From contig DATCEH010000008.1 in NCBI GenBank assembly GCA_036510225.1, forward strand, positions 15,361 to 79,360: 64,000 bases of DNA, written 5' to 3'. Positions 9,078-16,511 of the stretch are shown here, one piece after another. This DNA comes from Solirubrobacteraceae bacterium. GTDB lineage: Bacteria > Actinomycetota > Thermoleophilia > Solirubrobacterales > Solirubrobacteraceae. The stretch's first letter is position 1. Each line of letters begins with the position of its first letter. Both the position numbers and the translations under genes were made by a program. The notes beneath the pieces were generated by a model. The model had not been told where the DNA came from, searched no databases, and saw only the letters and a program-made list of their open reading frames with translations.

Positions 9078-9112
9078 CCGTTCGATGCCGGCGCAAGCCG
9101 GCCGGTCGGCGA

Positions 9113-9874
9113 CTACGAGCCGACGCTGTTGAGGTACGCCGTGACGAGCGCGTCGCCGGCGTAGATGCCGACGATGCCGCCGAGGGCGAGGAACGGGCCG
9201 AACGGGATCGCCGTCTTGCGCCCGGCTCCGACGCCCGCGCGCTTCATGATCACGACTCCCACGACGACGCCGGCGACGAGCGCGACCAGCATCGCCGGTC
9301 CGACCGCCCGGCCGAGGAACAGGCCCAGCACGCCGGCCAGCTTGACGTCGCCCATGCCCATGCCCCGCGGGTAGGCCAGGGCCGCAAGCAGCAGGAAGCC
9401 GCCGGCCGCGGCTCCGGCGATCAGGCGCTCGACCTCGCCGCCCGGATCGAGCGCGGTGCCGATCACGATCGCCAGCACGGCCGCCGGTCCCGTGATCCGG
9501 TTGGGGAGGAGCCGGTGGTCGAGGTCGATCAGCGCGAGCGGGACGAGCACGAGCACCAGGACGAAGCCGAGCACGGCCTTCCCCGTCGAGTGCTGGCTTG
9601 CCACGGCGCCCGCGCAGAGCACGGCGGTACCGGCCTCGACGAGCGGATACCGGGCCGAGATCGGCTCGCCGCAACTGCGGCAGCGACCGCGCAGCCACAG
9701 CCACGCGAGAACCGGCACGTTGTCGTAGGGCTTGATCGGCGTCTCGCACGACGGACAGTGCGACGCCGGCACGGAAAGGGACTCTCCGCGCGGCAGGCGA
9801 TACACCACGACGTTCAGAAACGAGCCGATGATCGCGCCGAAGAGCCCGGCGAGGACGACATAGGCAGCGCTCAT
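9113..9874 (-). CDS. pilD: prepilin peptidase (A24 family)
   Basis: From ATG 9874: MSAAYVVLAGLFGAIIGSFLNVVVYRLP. It has the zinc-finger-like CPSC...CRSC, the first catalytic Asp context LIDLDHRLLP, and the second GMGDVKL. Multi-pass membrane protein. Confidence 0.9.
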   Translation of the reverse strand: MSAAYVVLAGLFGAIIGSFLNVVVYRLPRGESLSVPASHCPSCETPIKPYDNVPVLAWLWLRGRCRSCGEPISARYPLVEAGTAVLCAGAVASQHSTGKAVLGFVLVLVLVPLALIDLDHRLLPNRITGPAAVLAIVIGTALDPGGEVERLIAGAAAGGFLLLAALAYPRGMGMGDVKLAGVLGLFLGRAVGPAMLVALVAGVVVGVVIMKRAGVGAGRKTAIPFGPFLALGGIVGIYAGDALVTAYLNSVGS

Positions 9875-9946
9875 GCGCAAGGCACCATAGCCACAGCATC
9901 GACCGGCGTTCTCAATTTCTTTACGCCTTCGCGCGAGCGCCTCAGC

Positions 9947-11167
9947 ATGATGGCGCCCATGAGCGCCTCGGACATCATTCTCGTGCTGGTCGTCGTCACC
10001 GCGATCTCCTTCGACTTCACCAACGGCTTCCACGACACCGCGAACGCCGTCGCCACCGCGATCGCCACCGGCGCGCTCAAACCGCGCATCGCCGTCCTGA
10101 TGTCGGCCTGCCTCAACCTCGTCGGCGCGTTCATCTCGATCAAGGTCGCCGCGACGATCGCCAAGGGAATCGTCGACGCCAACGTCCTCAGCGGCACGAC
10201 AGGCCTCTCGCTCGTCTTCGCCGCCCTGATCGGGGCGGTCGCCTGGAACCTGATCACGTGGTACTTCACGATCCCGTCGAGCTCGAGCCACGCCCTGATC
10301 GGCGGGATCATCGGCGCGACGATCGTCGCCAGCGGGACCGGTGCCGTCAAGTTCCGCCCGCTTGTCCAGACCGTGCTCGCGCCGGCGATCATGTCGCCGG
10401 TGATCTGCGCCGTGGTCGCCTTGATCGGCACGTTCTGCGCCTACCGTCTGGTTCGCCTGCTGGGCGACCGTGAAGCGATCCGCGGCTACCGGGCCGGCCA
10501 GATCGGCTCGGCCGCACTCGTCTCACTGGCCCATGGGACGAACGACGCCCAGAAGACGATGGGCGTGATCTCGCTCGCCCTGATCGCCAACGGCAACATC
10601 AGCTCGACCCACTTCGCCGTGCCACTCTGGGTCAAGCTGTCCTGCGCCCTGGCGATCGCCAGCGGCACGGCGATCGGCGGATGGAGGATCATCAACACGA
10701 TGGGCAACCGCCTGACCACAGTCGAATCGCCTCAGGGCTTCTCGGCCGAGTCGGCCAGCGCCTCGGTGATCCTCGCCTCCTCCTACTACGGCTACCCCCT
10801 CTCGACGACCCACGTCGTCTCCGGCGGCGTGATCGGATCCGGCCTGGGCAAGCGCCTGGCCAGCGTCCACTGGGGCGTCGCCGGGCAGATGGCGACGGCC
10901 TGGGTCTTCACGATCCCGGCGGCCGGTGTGATGGGAGCGTTCGCCTGGGGCGTCTCGGACCTCTTCGGCAAGGGGAGCGTCGTCGGGTCGTTCATCATCG
11001 CCATCCTCGCCGCCGCGGCCGCGTTCACGCTGTTCCGACTGGCTCAGCGCAACAACATCTCCGCGGCCGACCTCGACCGCTCGCACGTGACGCCCGAAGA
11101 CGAAGCCCGAAGCGGAGGGGCCGCGCTCACCGCCCCTGCGCGCGCTGCGGCCGGCGCCGCGGCGTAG
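9947..11167 (+). CDS. pitA: inorganic phosphate transporter, PiT family
   Basis: From ATG 9947: FDFTNGFHDTANAVATAI and a second-half GTNDAQKTMG signature, with about 10 hydrophobic segments. The track ORF 9515..11167 has a spurious N-terminal extension. Confidence 0.9.
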   Translation: MMAPMSASDIILVLVVVTAISFDFTNGFHDTANAVATAIATGALKPRIAVLMSACLNLVGAFISIKVAATIAKGIVDANVLSGTTGLSLVFAALIGAVAWNLITWYFTIPSSSSHALIGGIIGATIVASGTGAVKFRPLVQTVLAPAIMSPVICAVVALIGTFCAYRLVRLLGDREAIRGYRAGQIGSAALVSLAHGTNDAQKTMGVISLALIANGNISSTHFAVPLWVKLSCALAIASGTAIGGWRIINTMGNRLTTVESPQGFSAESASASVILASSYYGYPLSTTHVVSGGVIGSGLGKRLASVHWGVAGQMATAWVFTIPAAGVMGAFAWGVSDLFGKGSVVGSFIIAILAAAAAFTLFRLAQRNNISAADLDRSHVTPEDEARSGGAALTAPARAAAGAAA

Positions 11168-11182
11168 GGAGTCACGGTCACG

Positions 11183-11476
11183 ATGCTCGCCACCGCACTG
11201 ATCAACACCGACGCCCTCTGGAAGATCATCCTTGCCTCACTGCTCGGCGGCGTCGGCGTCGTCGTCGCCTTCGGCTTCCTCCTGCTTGGCCTCTCGAAGG
11301 CCAACCAGGCCAAGGGCAAGCCCGGCGAGCAGGCCGGCTTCTACCTGATCAGCGGCGTCTGCGGCCTGTTCTGCGTCGCAGCGATCGCCGTCGGGATCTA
11401 CGCGATGGCCAAGAAACCGTCCAGCCCGGCACCGAAGCCCGCCGCGAAGGCGGCGGCGATCCACGCCAGCGCCTGA
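11183..11476 (+). CDS. small membrane protein (two predicted TM helices)
   Basis: 97-aa ORF starting 16 nt after pitA. Hydrophobic helices ILASLLGGVGVVVAFGFLLLGL and FYLISGVCGLFCVAAIAVGIYAM. Pro/Ala/Lys tail. Confidence 0.55.
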   Translation: MLATALINTDALWKIILASLLGGVGVVVAFGFLLLGLSKANQAKGKPGEQAGFYLISGVCGLFCVAAIAVGIYAMAKKPSSPAPKPAAKAAAIHASA

Positions 11477-11556
11477 GCACCGCGTCGGGTCGGGTGCCGC
11501 GCGGGGGTCCCGCGGGCCAGGCGGTCAGATCGCCGGAGCGGCGTAGGATCGGTCGT

Positions 11557-12324
11557 ATGTCCGACTACCCGCAGCCGATCGTCCCGGTCGGTCACGTCGA
11601 GGCCGCTCCGCGTCGCGTCCGGGCGCTGCTCGGCGGCCAGGTCGTCCTCGACACGACGCGGGCTCTCTACGTCTGGGAATGGCCCCACTACCCCCAGTAC
11701 TACGTGCCGGTCTCAGACGTCGACCGCGATCTACTCGTCGACGAGCACCACACCGAGCGCACGGAGCTGGGCATGGCCCGACGGCACGGCCTGCGGGTCG
11801 GCGAGCTCGCACGCCCGGGCTGTGTGCAGATCTACGGCGAGGACTCCCACGAGGGCCTCGCGGGAACCGCCAGGCTCGACTGGAACGCGCTCGACGCTTG
11901 GTTCGAGGAGGACGAGGAGGTCTTCGTCCATCCGCGGGACCCGTACTCCCGGGTCGACGCCCTGCGGTCGACGCGGACCGTACGCGTCGAGATCGACGGC
12001 ATCGTGCTCGCGGAGTCGTCCTCCCCGGTGATGGTCTTCGAGACCGGCCTGCCGACCCGCTATTACCTCAACCGCACCGACGTCAACTTCGAGCATCTCA
12101 GGCCGACCGATACCGTGACCGCCTGCCCCTACAAGGGCCGGACCAGCCGCTACTGGTCGGTCGTGATCGGTTCCGACGAGCATCCCGACCTCGCCTGGGC
12201 CTACGACTTCCCGACCCGCGAGCTCACGCCGATCGCCGGTCTGGTCGCCTTCTACAACGAGAAGGTCGACGTGATCCTCGACGGTCGACCAATCGCACGC
12301 CCGCAGACGCACTTTTCCAATTAG
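11557..12324 (+). CDS. DUF427 domain protein (tandem DUF427 domains)
   Basis: From ATG 11557: MSDYPQPIVPVGHVEAAPRRVRALLGG...ALYVWEWPHYPQYYVP...VFVHPRDPYSRVDAL...VRVEIDGIVLAESSSPVMVFETGLPTRYYL...TACPYKGRTSRYWSV...DLAWAYDFP...VAFYNEKVDVILDG, which are DUF427 hallmarks. Confidence 0.85.
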   Translation: MSDYPQPIVPVGHVEAAPRRVRALLGGQVVLDTTRALYVWEWPHYPQYYVPVSDVDRDLLVDEHHTERTELGMARRHGLRVGELARPGCVQIYGEDSHEGLAGTARLDWNALDAWFEEDEEVFVHPRDPYSRVDALRSTRTVRVEIDGIVLAESSSPVMVFETGLPTRYYLNRTDVNFEHLRPTDTVTACPYKGRTSRYWSVVIGSDEHPDLAWAYDFPTRELTPIAGLVAFYNEKVDVILDGRPIARPQTHFSN

Positions 12325-12395
12325 CCTCCAGGCACGGACCGCCCGACGGACGATCGACTCGGAATTAGTCCGCCCCCGCGCCACCGACGCTCAGC

Positions 12396-13631
12396 TCATC
12401 CCGCTCGGGGAGCCAGACTCCCGCGAACCGGCGAGCCAGTGAGCGTCCTTCGCCGGACGCTGCCCGGTGAATACAGCGAGAACGCGAGCGAGCACGTCGC
12501 CGGAAGTGCGGCCGCCAGGAAGAGCAGCGACTGCTGGTCGGCGCTCAGATGTACGGGCGCCCAGACGAACACGACCCAGCTCAGGGCCGTGGCGGCCAAC
12601 GCCCCGACCGGAGGACGGTCGTGCGTGAGCGCCTCCCACGCAGCCAGTGCGAGGATGAATGGCAGCGCGTAGTACACCGTGTCCCAGACGTCGAGCTCGG
12701 CCCGTAGGAGAAGTAGCAACGCGAGCAGGAGTAGGGCGTCGTATTCCCGGCGCCGCCCTCTCGCGGCCAGGAATGTGAGCGGCGCGCCGATCAGCACGAT
12801 CAGCGGGTGACTCAGCGTGATCGCCCATCCCACGCCGACACGGTAGCCGGGCTTCGGCGCCCCGAAGAGGCCGTACACCGCATGCCCATGCGTTCCCAGG
12901 AACCACCACACCTGCCAGGGTTGAAAGATCGGAGACGCCGCGCTGACCGACGCCGCGGCGCGCAACTGGCCTGTGAAGCCACCGCCGGCGAGGACGAGCG
13001 GCGCGAGGACCACCGCGACCACGCCACCGGAAATCGCGATCGCCCTGACCCGGCCGGCCGGTAGCGCCAGGAGAACCGGGCCGACGGCGACGAGTGCCCA
13101 TTCCTTGTTGGCGATCGCGAGGCCCAACAGGAGCCCCGCCCAGCCGCTCCGACCGCGCATCGCCACAAGCACTGCGGCGATCGCCAGGCCGGCACTCAGC
13201 AGGTCCTCAGGATGACCGATCTCGCCGGCTCGAATCGTGATCGGGTTGGCCACGAAGAGGGCGAGAAGCGCACCGCGGGCAAGGCGCGATCTGTGCAGGC
13301 CTCGCATCTGACCGACGATCACGATGCCGACCCCCGCCGCGACGAGGAGACACGGCAACGAGACCATCCGGTAGACGGCGACCGGGCCTCCGCCCCACAG
13401 CCCGGGCACGAGAGCGAACGGTGCCCTCAGAATTAACGAGCCGCCATAAGCGGGCGCCGCCGTGAGGAAGGACAGAACGTGTCCTTGGATCAGCGCGTCG
13501 ATCGCTGGTCGAGCCTCGTCGTCGTAGTCATTCCAGGCCACGTCGTAGAAGCCGAGCCACGCGATCACGAGGATCCCGAGCGCGGACATCGCCAGGACGA
13601 AGGCGTAGTTGGACAGGCGTTTCGGCATCAC
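12396..13631 (-). CDS. polytopic membrane protein, GT-C-like glycosyltransferase (DUF2029/GT87-like)
   Basis: 411-aa ORF with more than 10 hydrophobic segments and an early periplasmic loop (YDVAWNDYDDEARPAIDALIQGHVLSFLTAAPAYGGSLILRAPFA). Overall architecture resembles mannosyl/arabinosyltransferase-type GT-C proteins. The family assignment is tentative. Confidence 0.65.
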   Translation of the reverse strand: MMPKRLSNYAFVLAMSALGILVIAWLGFYDVAWNDYDDEARPAIDALIQGHVLSFLTAAPAYGGSLILRAPFALVPGLWGGGPVAVYRMVSLPCLLVAAGVGIVIVGQMRGLHRSRLARGALLALFVANPITIRAGEIGHPEDLLSAGLAIAAVLVAMRGRSGWAGLLLGLAIANKEWALVAVGPVLLALPAGRVRAIAISGGVVAVVLAPLVLAGGGFTGQLRAAASVSAASPIFQPWQVWWFLGTHGHAVYGLFGAPKPGYRVGVGWAITLSHPLIVLIGAPLTFLAARGRRREYDALLLLALLLLLRAELDVWDTVYYALPFILALAAWEALTHDRPPVGALAATALSWVVFVWAPVHLSADQQSLLFLAAALPATCSLAFSLYSPGSVRRRTLTGSPVRGSLAPRAG

Positions 13632-13769
13632 GGGTCATATCGGCCGCGACCTCCGCGCGCTCAAACCGCACGACCTGGCCCGCGATCGAGTCTGCGCCGT
13701 CGTGGCGCGGTCACTCGACTCCGGCGGTCGGAGCGATCCCGGCGATCACCCATCGCCCCGGGACCGCGG

Positions 13770-14291
13770 CTACCAGGAACCGCTCTGTGTCACTGCGCTC
13801 TTCGTGAAGCCGCCGATCACGTCGCAGCCCCCCGCGCTGGCGTTGCCGGCCGCTACGGTGCACGTACGCGAGACGACCCCGGCGTCGTGGGTGACGGTGA
13901 AGCTGTCCCCGGTCGGGATCGAGATGACCGTCACCGCGTACCCGAGCCTGTTCCCGGTCGCGGCCGGAGTGCCGCCGGGACCAGTGACCGAGCTGAGGAA
14001 TGCCCTGCCCGGCCCCGTGGACGTGGTCGGAATCGAGGGCTCCGTCACCGCAAGAGTCGCCGTTGAGACGGTCGCGTAGCTCCCGCCGTCATCGGTGGAT
14101 ATCGTCTCCGCGGTTGTCTGCGCCGTCCGGACGAGCTCCTTCGCCGACGCGTCGCTGGCCTTCGACTGCTGGTTGAGGAACGACGGGATCGCGATCGCCG
14201 CGAGAATGCCGATGATCAGGACCACGATGAGAAGCTCGATCAGCGTGAAGCCGGTCTCGGCGGAGCCGCGTCGCGTCATGTTGCGGAGCAT
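13770..14291 (-). CDS. pilA: type IVa-like major pilin paralog 1
   Basis: From ATG 14291 (GGAGGA upstream): MLRNMTRRGSAETG|FTLIELLIVVLIIGILAAIAIPSFLNQQSKA. This is a class III signal peptide with Gly-1, Phe+1, Glu+5. C-terminal Cys-x12-Cys loop; ends ...QSGSW. Confidence 0.9.
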   Translation of the reverse strand: MLRNMTRRGSAETGFTLIELLIVVLIIGILAAIAIPSFLNQQSKASDASAKELVRTAQTTAETISTDDGGSYATVSTATLAVTEPSIPTTSTGPGRAFLSSVTGPGGTPAATGNRLGYAVTVISIPTGDSFTVTHDAGVVSRTCTVAAGNASAGGCDVIGGFTKSAVTQSGSW

Positions 14292-14406
14292 TAGGAATCC
14301 TCCTGGGATCCTCTGGCGTTGGTCGGGCGCCAGCTCCGTGGGTCGTCCTGCCGCGGTCACGGCAACCCGGCTATCTCGACGTACCTCCGCCGGAGGCACG
14401 GGAGAC

Positions 14407-14478
14407 CCGTGGCTTTGCGTCACACCCTCGCGAGTGTTTTGCCATTGGCACCTCGGCTCTGGCTTGCCCCATGGATCG
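14407..14478 (-). promoter_or_regulatory. conserved pilin upstream element, copy 1
   Basis: The block ccgtggctttgcgtcacaccctcgcgagtgttttgccattggcacctcggctctggcttgccccatggatcgac begins 116 nt upstream of the pilin-1 ATG. It is nearly identical to 16087..16162 upstream of pilin 3. It contains the palindromes CTCGCGAG and TGCCAATGGCA. Confidence 0.6.
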
Positions 14479-14671
14479 ACCGGGCACGAGGTGCGGTGTA
14501 GCGACGGAGCCCGCGACGTGGACGTCTGTCGTAGACCGAGCGCTCGCCCACTCGGCGCTGCCTAACGCCCGTCACCGGGCAGCGAGTCTGAGCTCAATAG
14601 CGGGCAGCCAGCGACCGGTGCCGTCGGTGGACGTCGCGGCTCCGACCGTGATCGGCTCGAGGCGTCGGCCG

Positions 14672-14708
14672 CACGAAAAGAGCGGGCGGGCCGATGGCCC
14701 GCCCGCTC
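14672..14708 (-). terminator. rho-independent terminator after pilin paralog 2
   Basis: AGCGGGCGGGCC-gat-GGCCCGCCCGCT is a perfect 12-bp GC stem. On the minus strand it is followed by CTTTTCGTG, and it lies 30 nt downstream of the stop at 14738. Confidence 0.75.
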
Positions 14709-14737
14709 TGAGTTTGCTCGACCTGCCTGCTACTTGC

Positions 14738-15247
14738 CTACCAGGATCCGGCACCGGTGTGCGCACCGGCGGCCGTGATCTGGCAGCCGCCTGCGGTCGC
14801 GTTGCCGGCCGGGACGTTGCAGCTGCGCGTCACAACGCCCGCGTTCTGTGTGACCGTGAACGTGTCGTTGGTCGGCGTCGATGTGACCGTGACGGCATAA
14901 CCTGTCGGGCTTCCCGTAGAACCCGTTCCGTCCGGAGCAGTGACCGCACTCAGGTAAGCGTTGCCGGCGCCCGACGTGCTCGTCGGGATCGACGGCTCTG
15001 TCGCAGTAAGCGTCGCACTCGACACAGTCGAGTAGCTACCGCTGTTGTCTGTGGCGATCGTCTCTGCGGTCGTCTGAGCCGTCCGGGCCAGCTCCTTGGC
15101 CGAAGCGTCGCTGGCCTTGCTCTTCTGGTTGAGGAACGACGGGATCGCGATCGCCGCGAGAATACCGATGATCAGAATCACGACGAGAAGCTCAATCAGC
15201 GTGAAACCCTTCTCGTCCTTCGCACGCTGACGCACCTTGTAAAACAT
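14738..15247 (-). CDS. pilA: type IVa-like major pilin paralog 2
   Basis: From ATG 15247 (GAGGAAGG upstream): MFYKVRQRAKDEKG|FTLIELLVVILIIGILAAIAIPSFLNQKSKA. The C-terminal RSCNVPAGNATAGGCQITAAGAHTGAGSW is nearly identical to paralog 3. The track ORF 14738..15568 is over-extended. Confidence 0.9.
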   Translation of the reverse strand: MFYKVRQRAKDEKGFTLIELLVVILIIGILAAIAIPSFLNQKSKASDASAKELARTAQTTAETIATDNSGSYSTVSSATLTATEPSIPTSTSGAGNAYLSAVTAPDGTGSTGSPTGYAVTVTSTPTNDTFTVTQNAGVVTRSCNVPAGNATAGGCQITAAGAHTGAGSW

Positions 15248-15461
15248 TTCAACCTTCCTCGGTTCGTGCTGCGTCATAACAGTCCCTCTGCCAGTGACCG
15301 CAAACGCGAGTCTGGTCAGCAGGGTGGCGACGGCCGCCGCGGCACTGGACTTCACTTGATGCGGCGGTGTGGAGCCGACGACGAGGCGACCACCGTGGCC
15401 GCCTCGTGTCGCGTGACTCGCGAGCCTCTCGTGAGACCGACGCGAGTGAGTCAGTAGTCGC

Positions 15462-15974
15462 TTACCAGGACCCGGCGCCGGTGTGTGCGCCAGCAGCGGT
15501 AATCTGGCAGCCGCCTGCGGTCGCGTTGCCCGACGGGACGTTGCAGCTGCGGGTGACAACTCCTGCATTCTGCGTGACCGTGAACGTATCGCCGGTCGGC
15601 GTCGAGGTGGTCGTCACGGCGTAGCCCGTCGCGCTACCATTCGCGGCCGGTGTGCCACCCGGGCCGGTGACCGAGCTGAGAAACGCATTGCCGGCACCCG
15701 ACGAACTCGTCGGGATCGAGGGCTCGGTCGCAGTCAGCGTCGCGCTGGAGACAGTCAGGTAGCTACCGCTGTTGTCCGTCGCGATCGTCTCTGCCGTGGT
15801 CTGAGCGGTACGGGCCAACTCCTTCGCCGACGCGTCGCTCGCCTTGCTCTTCTGGTTGAGGAACGACGGGATCGCGATCGCGGCGAGGATGCCGATGATC
15901 AGGATCACGACGAGCAGCTCGATGAGTGTGAAGCCCTTCTCGTCCTTGGCACGCTGGCGCATCTTGTAAAGCAT
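15462..15974 (-). CDS. pilA: type IVa-like major pilin paralog 3
   Basis: MLYKMRQRAKDEKG|FTLIELLVVILIIGILAAIAIPSFLNQKSKA..., 170 aa. The N-terminal roughly 100 aa and C-terminal roughly 40 aa are near-identical to paralog 2, and the central segment differs. Confidence 0.9.
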   Translation of the reverse strand: MLYKMRQRAKDEKGFTLIELLVVILIIGILAAIAIPSFLNQKSKASDASAKELARTAQTTAETIATDNSGSYLTVSSATLTATEPSIPTSSSGAGNAFLSSVTGPGGTPAANGSATGYAVTTTSTPTGDTFTVTQNAGVVTRSCNVPSGNATAGGCQITAAGAHTGAGSW

Positions 15975-16086
15975 GAATCCTCCTGGATCCGCTTGGCTTG
16001 TAGATGGAGTGCCAGCTCCTTGAGTGTCGATGGCCGATGTTTCGGCAGCCCGGCTATCTCACAAGACCTTGCGGTCAAGTCGAGAT

Positions 16087-16162
16087 CCGTGGCTTTGCGT
16101 CACACCCTCGCGAGCGCTTTGCCTTTGGCACCTCGGCTCTGGCTTCCTGCCCCATTGATCGG
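16087..16162 (-). promoter_or_regulatory. conserved pilin upstream element, copy 2
   Basis: ccgtggctttgcgtcacaccctcgcgagcgctttgcctttggcacctcggctctggcttcctgccccattgatcggc begins 113 nt upstream of the pilin-3 ATG. See copy 1. Confidence 0.6.
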
Positions 16163-16264
16163 CTGCACCTGAGCCGAACATGAGGGTCTGGACGAAAGTC
16201 GTACACCACCCCCGTGGGGCCGCCTCGGTCGGCCGGCTCGAAACAGTGCGTCTAACGGACGCGC

Positions 16265-16468
16265 TCAGGCAGGTGGAGCGGCGCCGGCGGCGGCCGACTC
16301 GCGCCAGCGAGCCTGTGCGTCGTGACCGGCGAGGCGCACGCCGCTGCCCTCGCACCACGGGCACGGAACGAGCTTCGCCTCACCACCGAGGCTCGAGATC
16401 ACCTGGCCGGCGCCACGGCAGGCCAGGCAGTCATCGGAGCGGCTCGGGGAGTCTGTCTCGTCTGCCAT
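16265..16468 (-). CDS. small DnaJ-type zinc-finger protein
   Basis: From ATG 16468: MADETDSPSRSDDCLACRGAGQVISSLGGEAKLVPCPWCEGSGVRL. It carries two CxxCxGxG motifs (CLACRGAG, CPWCEGSG). 67 aa. The upstream part of track ORF 16265..16633 looks non-coding. Confidence 0.5.
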   Translation of the reverse strand: MADETDSPSRSDDCLACRGAGQVISSLGGEAKLVPCPWCEGSGVRLAGHDAQARWRESAAAGAAPPA

Positions 16469-16511
16469 CGGTGGCGAGCGTAGCGGGTGTCGCCTGCGAT
16501 CATGCCCGCCG

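Noticed and set aside
14407-14478. Possible sigma-54 promoter (TGGCA...TCGC) in the conserved pilin upstream block
   Set aside because: On the transcribed strand, the GG-to-GC spacing in TGGCAAAACACTCGCG is one nt off the -24/-12 consensus, and the -12 element is TCGC rather than TTGC. The adjacent regulator is OmpR-type, not an NtrC-type enhancer-binding protein, and no rpoN is evident. I kept it only as an unexplained conserved element.
15381-15407. Hairpin downstream of pilin paralog 3 as a terminator
   Set aside because: It has only an 8-bp stem with an 11-nt loop and no U-tract on the transcribed strand, so it is too weak to call.
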